63,262 bases of DNA from Rubrivivax sp. (GTDB taxonomy: Bacteria > Pseudomonadota > Gammaproteobacteria > Burkholderiales > Burkholderiaceae_C), in NCBI GenBank assembly GCA_022842825.1, contig JALHOU010000004.1, forward strand, positions 1-63,262. The letters run 5' to 3'. Position numbers and translations under genes: made by a program. Under the pieces are notes generated by a model, which was given only the letters and a program-made list of their open reading frames with translations, made no database searches and had not been told where the DNA came from. The first letter of the stretch is position 1. The number at the start of each line of letters is the position of its first letter. Shown here one piece after another: positions 45,222 to 53,634 of the stretch.

Positions 45222-46396
45222 CGTCGACCCTCCTTCGGAGCCTTCTCGGCATGCAGCCAGCCGGCCGCGGCCCACTGCCGCAGGCAGCCTAACGCATCGG
45301 CGTTCAGCCGTGCGACATCGGCGGCCACGAGCCGGCGCTGGTCGGCGAGGCGGCGCAGCAGCCGGGCATCGCGCCCGCCGGCGCGATGTGACTCGCCGTT
45401 GATGAAAACGTGGCGCTCGTCGTAGAGCATGCGCGTGCGCGCATCGAGCCGCACCGCGGCGCCGGCGCGCAGCGCCGTGCCGGCGTCGAACCACACCTGC
45501 GGCTTGGGCTCGCTGAGCGTCTCGCCCAGCGTGCGCGACACCGCCAGCGGGTCGCGCAGCGCCTGCGCCACGGCGCGCGCGGCAAAGCGCTGCAGGGAGG
45601 CCGGCACGCGGCCCGGCTCGGCCGTGGCGGGCTGCGTGGCATCGCCATACAGCGGCACTTCGCCCGCGGCCGATTCGTCCCCGGCCTCGTCGGCCAGCCG
45701 TTGCAGCAGCTCGCGCGCCAGCTCCGGCGCCGACGGTGCCCGGAAGCCTACCGAGCAGGTCATGCAGTCGCCGCCCTCGGCCACGCCGTCGTGGCCCCAC
45801 CGGGGCGGCAGGTAGAGCATGTCGCCGGGCTCCAGCACCCAGTCGTGCACGGGCTCGAACCGGCGCAGGATCTTCAACGGCAGCCCCTCGACGAAGCCGC
45901 CCGCGGCATCCGGCGGTGCGACGCGCCAGCGGCGCCGGCCCTGCACCTGAAGCAGGAAGACATCGTAGGAGTCGACATGCGGGCCGACGCCGCCACCCGG
46001 GCTGGCCCACGACACCATCAGGTCGTCCAGCCGGGCGGCCGGCACGAAACGGAAGGGCTGCAGCATCTCGTGCGCCGCGCCCACGTGCAGGTCCAGCCCC
46101 TGCACGAGCAGCGTCCAGCCCGGCCGCCCGAGCGGCGGCAGGGCGCGCCGAGGGATGGGCCCGTGGCGCACCTGCCAGGCGTGGGCGGTGCGGTCCGTGC
46201 CGTGCTCCCGCACCACGAGGCGCGACTCCACGCTCTCCCTGGCGGCCAGCGCAAAGAGATCGGCACGTGCCAGTGGCGGCACGACGCAGGGCCAGGCCTG
46301 CCGAATGAGCAGCGGCCGACGCTGCCAGTGCCGGCGCATGAACGCCTGCGGGCTCATGCCGCCGAGCAAGGAAGTGGGCGCGTGAACGGGCGTCAT
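45218..46396 (-). CDS. roxA: JmjC/cupin ribosomal protein uL16 arginine hydroxylase (RoxA/YcfD-like)
   Basis: RLDDLMVS, GGVGPHVDSYDVFLLQ, LEPGDMLYLPP..GHDG, SVGFRAP. Confidence 0.85.
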   Translation of the reverse strand: MTPVHAPTSLLGGMSPQAFMRRHWQRRPLLIRQAWPCVVPPLARADLFALAARESVESRLVVREHGTDRTAHAWQVRHGPIPRRALPPLGRPGWTLLVQGLDLHVGAAHEMLQPFRFVPAARLDDLMVSWASPGGGVGPHVDSYDVFLLQVQGRRRWRVAPPDAAGGFVEGLPLKILRRFEPVHDWVLEPGDMLYLPPRWGHDGVAEGGDCMTCSVGFRAPSAPELARELLQRLADEAGDESAAGEVPLYGDATQPATAEPGRVPASLQRFAARAVAQALRDPLAVSRTLGETLSEPKPQVWFDAGTALRAGAAVRLDARTRMLYDERHVFINGESHRAGGRDARLLRRLADQRRLVAADVARLNADALGCLRQWAAAGWLHAEKAPKEGRR

Positions 46397-46539
46397 CGTG
46401 CGTCGATTGTTCCCCAGCCTGCTCGCCAGCCTGCTCGCGACCCGCCCCCCGGGCCGGCGCTGCGGTGACTGCCCGCGCTGCGCGCTCGCCAGACGCCGCG
46501 ACGGCCTGCCTGCGCCGGGCGCTGTGCCATCATTCTTCG

Positions 46540-47070
46540 ATGGAAATCCGCAACCCCTGCGTCGTGAGCCTGACCTGGAAGCTCGCCGACGCGCAGAACC
46601 GACCGCTGGACGAACTCGTCGAGCCGGTGGAGTTCCTCTACGGCGGCGACGACCTGCTGGTGAAGGTCGAAGAGGCGCTCGAGGGCCACGAAAGCGGCGA
46701 CGATCTGCACCTGCAGCTCGAGCCGGTCGATGGGTTCGGCGAATACCGGCCCGAGCTCGTGTGCTTCGAGGAGCGCAAGCTCTTCGCCGAGCCGGTGGAG
46801 GCCGGCATGGCCTACGAGGGGCTGCCCGCGGGCCATGCCACGCCGGACATGCCCGCCGACACCATCTACATCGTCACCGAGGTCTACCCCACGCACGTGG
46901 TGCTCGACGGCAACCACCCCCTGGCGGGCATGGCGCTGCGCCTGCACATCCAGGTGCGCGGCGTGCGCGAGGCCACCGAGGCCGAACTCGACGCCCGCAG
47001 CGTCGGCGACGCCTCCATCACCGTGCTCGGCAGCGGGCCGGGCAAGCCGGGCCGCGGCCGCCTGCACTGA
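46540..47070 (+). CDS. slyD: FKBP-type peptidyl-prolyl isomerase, SlyD-like
   Basis: VEEALEG, GFGEY, VVLDGNHPLAG, VREAT..EL. Confidence 0.88.
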   Translation: MEIRNPCVVSLTWKLADAQNRPLDELVEPVEFLYGGDDLLVKVEEALEGHESGDDLHLQLEPVDGFGEYRPELVCFEERKLFAEPVEAGMAYEGLPAGHATPDMPADTIYIVTEVYPTHVVLDGNHPLAGMALRLHIQVRGVREATEAELDARSVGDASITVLGSGPGKPGRGRLH

Positions 47071-47096
47071 GAGGGCTCAGGCGGCGGACGCTGCGG

Positions 47097-47198
47097 GCTC
47101 GCCGACATCTCGCAGGCGGCTCGCGAGCGCTCGCGAAGGGCTCGAGGACCGCTCGCGAAGGCTGGCGAGGGCTCGCAGAGGGCTTGCGGGCGACTTGC
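47097..47198. repeat. Degenerate tandem array of ten GCTCGC-like motifs at 10-11 bp spacing
   Basis: Motif starts at 47097, 47108, 47119, 47129, 47140, 47151, 47161, 47171, 47182 and 47193. Confidence 0.7.
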
Positions 47199-47203
47199 CG
47201 GAA

Positions 47204-47653
47204 CTATCGGCGCCCGGTCGAGCCGAACCCGCCCTCGCCGCGCGTACTGGCGCCGAACTCGCTCACGACGCGGAAGGCCGCCTGCACCACCGGCACGATG
47301 ACCATCTGCGCGATGCGGTCCATCGGCTGGATGGTCACCGCGGCCGTGCCGCGGTTCCAGCAGCTCACCATCAGCGGACCCTGGTAGTCGCTGTCGATCA
47401 GCCCGACCAGGTTTCCGAGCACGATGCCCTGCTTGTGCCCGAGGCCCGAGCGCGGCAGCAGCATGGCGCACAGCCCCGGGTCGCCGATGTGCATCGCCAG
47501 GCCGGTAGCGATGAGCGTCGCCTGCCCGGGCGTCAACTCGAGCGGCGCCTCGATGCAGGCACGCAGGTCGAGGCCGGCGCTGCCGGGTGTGGCGTAGGCC
47601 GGCAGATGCTCGGTCATGCGGGGGTCGAGGATGCGCAGGTCAATCGTGGTCAT
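47204..47653 (-). CDS. dut: dUTP diphosphatase
   Basis: [36 protein letters not shown]. Confidence 0.98.
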   Translation of the reverse strand: MTTIDLRILDPRMTEHLPAYATPGSAGLDLRACIEAPLELTPGQATLIATGLAMHIGDPGLCAMLLPRSGLGHKQGIVLGNLVGLIDSDYQGPLMVSCWNRGTAAVTIQPMDRIAQMVIVPVVQAAFRVVSEFGASTRGEGGFGSTGRR

Positions 47654-47769
47654 CGTCTTGGGGGGGCAGGCAGCAGCCTGGCAATGGATGGGCTGGAAGC
47701 GACGGCAAGCGACCGGTCGCAGGCGGGGCCAGGACCACAGCGCAGGGCGTTGGCAGGCCCGTCGAGGAG

Positions 47770-48996
47770 TCAGGCCGCGCGGCGCGGGCAGCGCAACGCG
47801 ATCTCGGCCACGAGCGCGCGCGCCAGCGAAAGCTTGTCGCCCGGCGGCAATTCGCGTTCACCGGCGGCGTCGACGAGCACGAGGGCGTTGTCGTCGCGGC
47901 CGAAGGTGGCAGGGCCGTTGTTGGCAACGATCAAAGGCACGCCCTTCCTCGCCAGCTTGTCGCGTGCGTGGCGCACGATGTCGTGGCTCTCGGCAGCAAA
48001 GCCGACACAGAACGGGCGATCGCCCGGAGGCAGCTTCGCCACGGTGGCGAGGATGTCCGGGTTCTCGACGAAGGCGAGCGTCGGCGCCTGCCCCGAGCCG
48101 TCCTTCTTGATCTTCTGCCCCGCCGCCTGCGCCGGTCGCCAGTCGGCCACCGCGGCGGTGGCGACGAAAATCTCGTGCAGGGTCGCCTCCGGCAGCACGG
48201 CGGCGAGCATCTGCTCGGCGCTCGTCACGTCGATGCGACGGACGCCGCGCGGCGTGGCCAGGTGAACCGGCCCGGCCACGAGCGTGACCCGTGCCCCCGC
48301 CTCGGCCGCGGCACGTGCGATGGCAAAGCCCATCTTGCCGCTGGAGTGGTTGGTGATGCCGCGCACCGGGTCGATGGCTTCGAACGTCGGCCCGGCCGTC
48401 ACCAGCACGTCGCGCCCGGCCAGCACCTTGGGCTGGAAGAAAGCGATCAACTCGTCGCGCAACTCTTCGGCCTCGAGCATGCGGCCGTCGCCGATCTCGC
48501 CGCAGGCCTGGTCACCCGCCGCCGGCCCGAGCACCGTGGTGCCGTCGGCGCGCACCTGCGCCACGTTGCGCTGCGTCGCCGGGTGCGCCCACATCTCGCG
48601 GTTCATCGCCGGGGCCACGAGCAGTGGCACGCGCTCGATCGGGCGCGCCAGGCACAGCAGGCTCAGCAACTCGTCCGCCCGACCCTGCGCCAGCTGGGCA
48701 ATGAAGTCGGCGCTCGCCGGCGCCACCACGATCGCACTCGCCTCGCGCGAGAGGTTGATGTGCGGCATGTGGTTCGGCTCGCGCCCGTCCCACTGGCTCG
48801 CATAGACGGGGTGGTTCGTCAGCGCCTGCATCGTCACCGGCGTGATGAACCGGCAGGCCGCGTCGGTCATCACCACCTGCACGGTGGCACCTGCCTTCAC
48901 CAGCTCGCGCGCGAGGTCAGCCGCCTTGTAGCAGGCCACGCCGCCGGACAGACCGAGCACGATGTGCTTGTGGGCGAGCGCGCCTGAGGCCGACAT
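47770..48996 (-). CDS. coaBC: Phosphopantothenoylcysteine decarboxylase/ligase
   Basis: GGVACYK, PAMN, ACGE.G.GRM, TAGPT.E.IDPVR.ITN.SSGKMG, AAVAD, GFAAES. Confidence 0.97.
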   Translation of the reverse strand: MSASGALAHKHIVLGLSGGVACYKAADLARELVKAGATVQVVMTDAACRFITPVTMQALTNHPVYASQWDGREPNHMPHINLSREASAIVVAPASADFIAQLAQGRADELLSLLCLARPIERVPLLVAPAMNREMWAHPATQRNVAQVRADGTTVLGPAAGDQACGEIGDGRMLEAEELRDELIAFFQPKVLAGRDVLVTAGPTFEAIDPVRGITNHSSGKMGFAIARAAAEAGARVTLVAGPVHLATPRGVRRIDVTSAEQMLAAVLPEATLHEIFVATAAVADWRPAQAAGQKIKKDGSGQAPTLAFVENPDILATVAKLPPGDRPFCVGFAAESHDIVRHARDKLARKGVPLIVANNGPATFGRDDNALVLVDAAGERELPPGDKLSLARALVAEIALRCPRRAA

Positions 48997-49126
48997 GGGG
49001 CGCGACTCTAGCAAAGCGGCGCCGCCGCTCGAGCGAGGGGGCTCCTTCGCCCTGCCGGACCGCCGGCCCGCGACGGAGGGGTATCCTCCCGGCCGAGGGC
49101 TGACGCCAGGGCCGCCAGGGGAAACG

Positions 49127-49519
49127 ATGGACCTGAAAGTGAAGATCACGATGACCGACGAGTTGACCGAAGAGGTCATCCAGTCGTCGGCCTATCTCGA
49201 CCTGGCCAGCGGCGAAATCAGCCGCGTCGAGTACGACGACGACTACGACCTCGCCGCGCTCGGACACCCCTGGGACGCCGACGACTACGAGTTCACCAGC
49301 GGCACGCTCACGCACAACGGCAAGGATGTGGAGTTCAAGGTCGACGTCAACAAGACCACCGGCCAGCGCTCGGTGAGCGCCAACGAGTTGCTGGAGATCA
49401 AGGTGCGCGCCGCAGCGCTCTTTGCCGGCATGAGCGGCAAGGACCTGCTGGGTCAAAGCGAGGCCGGGCGTGCACCGGCTCGCGGCAAGCCGCCAGGACG
49501 CGCGGGCCCGCTGCATTGA
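49127..49519 (+). CDS. Acidic hypothetical protein
   Basis: 130 aa ORF with strongly host-like codon usage and a purine-rich RBS. Confidence 0.75.
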   Translation: MDLKVKITMTDELTEEVIQSSAYLDLASGEISRVEYDDDYDLAALGHPWDADDYEFTSGTLTHNGKDVEFKVDVNKTTGQRSVSANELLEIKVRAAALFAGMSGKDLLGQSEAGRAPARGKPPGRAGPLH

Positions 49520-49534
49520 CGCATTGACGCACCG

Positions 49535-49663
49535 GAACTCGGCATGGCGCACGTTGTGCGCCGCTGCCACGGCGAGGTACTCGCGCACGAGGCGCGCCAG
49601 GTCGTCGGCATGGCGAATCAGCCGCTGCTCGAGAGCACGCAGCACGCGCAGCACCCGGCGCAC
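49535..49663 (-). pseudogene. Adenosine deaminase-like gene fragment
   Basis: VLRVLRALEQRLIRHADDLARLVREYLAVAAAHNVRHAEF resembles the ADA segment ending in NV.Y/HAE; the rest of the gene is absent. Confidence 0.55.
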
Positions 49664-49879
49664 CCATCACCGGCGGCTGCGGCGCGTTGCCCGCCACCGC
49701 GCTCACGCCGTTGCAGCACGGCAATGACGCTTGCCGCCGTCGTGTCGACGGCGCCGTTGATCTTCTGGTAGCGCCTCCAGCATCAGCACCTTCGGCTCGC
49801 CACCGCCCGGTAAGCTAGGCAGTCGCCGGCCCGGCCGCCTTGTGAACCCCTGCCACACAGATTGATCGACGGACCTCCA

Positions 49880-50860
49880 GTGAACGCGCCCTCCCCCGAT
49901 TCCCTGACCTCGCGACACCCCTTGCTGGCACCGAGCGTTGCCGTGGCCGGCGCGCTCGCCGCCGGGCGGCCGCTGGTGGCGCTGGAGTCCACCATCGTCG
50001 CGCACGGCATGCCCTACCCACAGAACCTGCACACGGCGCGCGCTGTGGAGGCGGTGGTGCGCGAGCACGGCGCCGAGCCGGCCACCATCGCCATCCTCGA
50101 CGGCCGCATCCGCGTCGGCCTGGACGGCGCCGACCTGGAACGCCTGGCCCGGGCCGGACCGAAGGCCATCAAGGTCAGCCGGCGCGACCTGCCTGCCGTG
50201 CTCGCCCGCGGCGCCGGCTCGCCGATGGGCGCCACGACCGTGGCCGGCACGATGATCTGCGCGGCGCTGGCCGGCATCGAGGTCTTCGTCACCGGCGGCA
50301 TCGGCGGCGTGCACCGCGGTGCCGCCACCACCTTCGACATCTCGGCCGATCTGCAGGAACTGGCCCGCACCTCGGTGGTGGTGGTGTGCGCCGGCGCCAA
50401 GAGCATCCTCGACCTCGGCCTCACACTGGAGTATCTCGAGACGCATGGCGTGCCGGTGCTCAGTGCCGGGCAGGACGACTTCGCCGCGTTCTACGTGCGC
50501 GAGAGCGGCCTGCGCGCCGACCAGCGCATCGACGCCCCGGCCGACCTGGCGCGTTTCGTGCGCGCCAAGTGGGACCTCGGGCTGGCCGGCGGCGTGCTGC
50601 TGAGCACACCCGTGCCCGAGGCCGATGCCTTGCCGCGCGCGCTGGTCGATGGCTGGATCGACGCGGCGCTGGCGGACGCGCAGCGCCAGGGCATCAGCGG
50701 CAAGGCCGTGACCCCGTTCCTGCTGGCGCGCATCGAGCAGTTGAGCGGCGGCCGCAGCCTGGCCGCCAACATCGCCCTCGTGAAGCACAACGCCGAGGTC
50801 GGCGCGCGGCTGGCCGTGGCGCTGGCCGCCCTGCCGCCGGGCGCGTGCGTGAACCCGTGA
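49880..50860 (+). CDS. psuG: Pseudouridine-5'-phosphate glycosidase
   Basis: VALESTIVAHGMPYP, KVSRRDL, ATTVAGTM, GGIGGVHRG, DISADL, GAKSILD, GKAVTPFLL. Confidence 0.96.
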   Translation: MNAPSPDSLTSRHPLLAPSVAVAGALAAGRPLVALESTIVAHGMPYPQNLHTARAVEAVVREHGAEPATIAILDGRIRVGLDGADLERLARAGPKAIKVSRRDLPAVLARGAGSPMGATTVAGTMICAALAGIEVFVTGGIGGVHRGAATTFDISADLQELARTSVVVVCAGAKSILDLGLTLEYLETHGVPVLSAGQDDFAAFYVRESGLRADQRIDAPADLARFVRAKWDLGLAGGVLLSTPVPEADALPRALVDGWIDAALADAQRQGISGKAVTPFLLARIEQLSGGRSLAANIALVKHNAEVGARLAVALAALPPGACVNP

Positions 50861-51257
50861 ACCTGGATCAGGGGCCGCCGCGCGCGATGCTCGCCTCGCA
50901 CGGGATCAAGACCGTCGCCGCCGGAGGCTTCCAGGCGCCTGGGCGTCGTCGTCAGCTCCACCGACGACGCGGCCTGCACACCCGCAAGACCTTCCTCGCC
51001 GAAGGCCTGTGCAGCTGATGTGCGACGAGCCGGCCGGACCTTCCGCGTCGGCCTGTTCGGGCTCGAGAAGCAGCACCTCATCGAGCGCTCGGTCGCCAAC
51101 TTCGAGCCGGTACGGGTACGCATCCTCTCGGCGGGCGCCCGCAGCGCTGCCTGAACCGGGCGGCTGCGCCGCCGTTGAGCTGACGCAAGCGGCCTCGGCC
51201 ATCCTGTGTCTATCGTGGATTCCAGGGTGCAGATGGCTCGCGCCCAAGGGGCGGGAC

Positions 51258-51761
51258 ATGGTGACGACAGTGACGGAGGGCCGCAGCGGCTCGGACGCGT
51301 TTCAGGTCGACTATCCGGACATCAACAGCTGCATCACGGTGACCGCAGTCAAGGGTCAGGCCCTGGTCGGCGCCCATTTCGTGTTGCCCGTCGGCTCGCC
51401 GCCCGAGCGCGCACCGGCGCTCGTGTGGCAGAAGCTGAAGGCCGAGTTGCAGCTGGTGCGCTTCGGCACGGTGAGCGCGGTCTACGTCCTGGGCAGCCTC
51501 GGCACCTGGACGGACGAACTGCTGCCGTACCACTGGCCGGCCGACTTCAGACGGGATCTCGCCGCGCTGTTCGGCCACGGCATGGCCTGCTTCAAGTGGG
51601 ACTCGCAGGCCGACAGCAACGAAACACGGCTGATCCGCGTGAACCGCGACCCAGCCGGCACGATCACGATCTCATACGGCAAGTACGAGGGCGGGCACAT
51701 CGTCGGCGGCATGCACGTGCTGCCAGTGGCCTCGCTGCAGGCATTCAGTCTGGGCGGCTGA
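51258..51761 (+). CDS. Hypothetical protein with a CheD/CNF1-like Cys-His motif (putative deamidase)
   Basis: INSCITVTAVKGQALVGAHFVLP parallels the CheD LGSCV...GG.AH.MLP motif; later VYVLG strand. Confidence 0.65.
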   Translation: MVTTVTEGRSGSDAFQVDYPDINSCITVTAVKGQALVGAHFVLPVGSPPERAPALVWQKLKAELQLVRFGTVSAVYVLGSLGTWTDELLPYHWPADFRRDLAALFGHGMACFKWDSQADSNETRLIRVNRDPAGTITISYGKYEGGHIVGGMHVLPVASLQAFSLGG

Positions 51762-51809
51762 CCCGCCGCAGCCGAGCGGGGCGGTCAAGAGGCCCGAGAG
51801 GAGCGAAGG

Positions 51810-53633
51810 ATGGCAAGCGTGAGCGCGAAGACGGGGAGTTTCTCCTTGAAGGCCCATCGTGGTGACGGCAAGACGTTGCTGGCCTTCAACCTGGCGCAGA
51901 AGAAGCTCTCGAAGAACCTGGCCGGGTTCACGATCAAATACGAAGCCGACGGGCTGTCGCACTACGTGCACAACCAGCTCCAGTTCAAGACGCCCGGCGA
52001 CCATGCGCAGGATCCGAAGGAGCCGCCGAATTCGAGCTTGAATGCGCCGATCCACAAGTTCCGCTGGGTCCACATACCGGGGTCGGTGCACCAGGGGCTC
52101 ACGCCCTTCCGGGGCAAGTACAAGTACACCGTCACGCCGCGGTACTTCGATGCCGACGGGGCGATGCTTCCGCTCGATCCGGGCTTGAGCGCGTCGGTCA
52201 CGATCGAGGTCGGTCCGTTCCGCAAAGGCAAACTCGCGCTCGGCTTCACGCGCGGCTTCACCCAGTCGCAGGCCTTCGTGCACCACTTCGGCAAGGAGGC
52301 GCTGATCCGCCCGAAGAACAAGGAACTGATCTTCGATGTCTCGCAGGAGTCGGGGGTCAACGCGAGCGGGGAGAAGTACACCTTCGAGGACGCATACGCA
52401 TGGCTCGGCTTCACGGCGCGCGAGCAGATCTTTGCGCTCCTCGACGAGGTGGTGAACGACGCCTCGCTGTCGCTGGATGTGTTTGCCTACGACCTGAACG
52501 AGCCGTCGTTCATGCAAGCGCTGCTCGAGCTCGCCAACGAGGGTCGCGTGCGCGTGATCCTGGACAACGCGAGCCTGCACCACAACTCCAGCGGGTCGAA
52601 GCCCGAGGACGAGTTCGAAGCGTGCTTCAGGGCAACGATGAACAAGAAGGTGGGCATCGAGCCGGACGCGGACATCCTGCGCGGCAAGTTCGGCAGCTTC
52701 GCGCACGACAAGGTCCTGATCGTCAAGAACGATGCGGGCGCGCAAAAGGTACTGACCGGATCCACGAACTTCTCGGTGACGGGCCTTTACGTGAACTCGA
52801 ATCACGTCCTGGTGTTCGATGACCCGAAAGTGGCGCAAACCTATGCCGACGTGTTCGAGCAGGCCTGGACGGATGGCGCGAGCAAGGCCGCGTTCCAGCA
52901 ATCCAAGTGGGCAACGCAGGCCTTCGAGTTCAAGCCCCAGTCGATGTCGGTCACTTTCGCGCCGCACGACCCCGCCGATGTCGCCAGGATCCTGGGCGCG
53001 GTCGCAAAGCGCGTGAAGCAGGAGAGCGGCAAGCGCAAGGGCAGCGTGCTGTTCGCGGTGATGGCGCTCGACATCAGCACGAGCCCGGTCTTGAAGGCGC
53101 TCACCAGGTTGCACGCCGACCAGACCGTCTTCAGCTTCGGGATCTCCGACACCACGAAGGGGATCAATCTGTACAAGCCCGGCAGGAAGACCGGCGTGCT
53201 GGTGACGGGCAAGCCCGCGGGCACGGTCCTGCCGCCGCCCTTCGACCAGGTGCCGGGCGTGGGGCTGGGGCACCAGGTGCACCACAAGTTCGTCGTCTGC
53301 GGCTTCGACCGCGACGACGCGGTCGTCTATTGCGGATCGTCCAACCTGAACGACGGCGGCGAAGAGAAGAACGGCGACAACCTGCTCGAGATCCACGACA
53401 AGGATGTCGCGACCGTGTTCGCGATCGAAGCGCTCGCGTTGGTCGACCACTTCAACTTCCTCGACAACTGCGCCCGCGGCGCAAAGAGCAAGACGAAGGC
53501 GAAGAAGCCCCTCGCCTCACTGCGGCAGGCCGCGAGCGATGCAGGATGGTTCCTGTCGACGACGGGCAAGTGGGCCGAGCCGTACTTCGACAAGCAGGAC
53601 TTGCGCTGCCTGGATCGCCAGCTCTTCGCCTGA
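51810..53633 (+). CDS. Phospholipase D superfamily protein, two HKD-like domains
   Basis: HDKVLIVK...TGSTNFS and HHKFVVCG...CGSSNLN; LDVFAYDL and VRVILD motifs; no signal peptide. Confidence 0.88.
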   Translation: MASVSAKTGSFSLKAHRGDGKTLLAFNLAQKKLSKNLAGFTIKYEADGLSHYVHNQLQFKTPGDHAQDPKEPPNSSLNAPIHKFRWVHIPGSVHQGLTPFRGKYKYTVTPRYFDADGAMLPLDPGLSASVTIEVGPFRKGKLALGFTRGFTQSQAFVHHFGKEALIRPKNKELIFDVSQESGVNASGEKYTFEDAYAWLGFTAREQIFALLDEVVNDASLSLDVFAYDLNEPSFMQALLELANEGRVRVILDNASLHHNSSGSKPEDEFEACFRATMNKKVGIEPDADILRGKFGSFAHDKVLIVKNDAGAQKVLTGSTNFSVTGLYVNSNHVLVFDDPKVAQTYADVFEQAWTDGASKAAFQQSKWATQAFEFKPQSMSVTFAPHDPADVARILGAVAKRVKQESGKRKGSVLFAVMALDISTSPVLKALTRLHADQTVFSFGISDTTKGINLYKPGRKTGVLVTGKPAGTVLPPPFDQVPGVGLGHQVHHKFVVCGFDRDDAVVYCGSSNLNDGGEEKNGDNLLEIHDKDVATVFAIEALALVDHFNFLDNCARGAKSKTKAKKPLASLRQAASDAGWFLSTTGKWAEPYFDKQDLRCLDRQLFA

Positions 53634-53634
53634 T

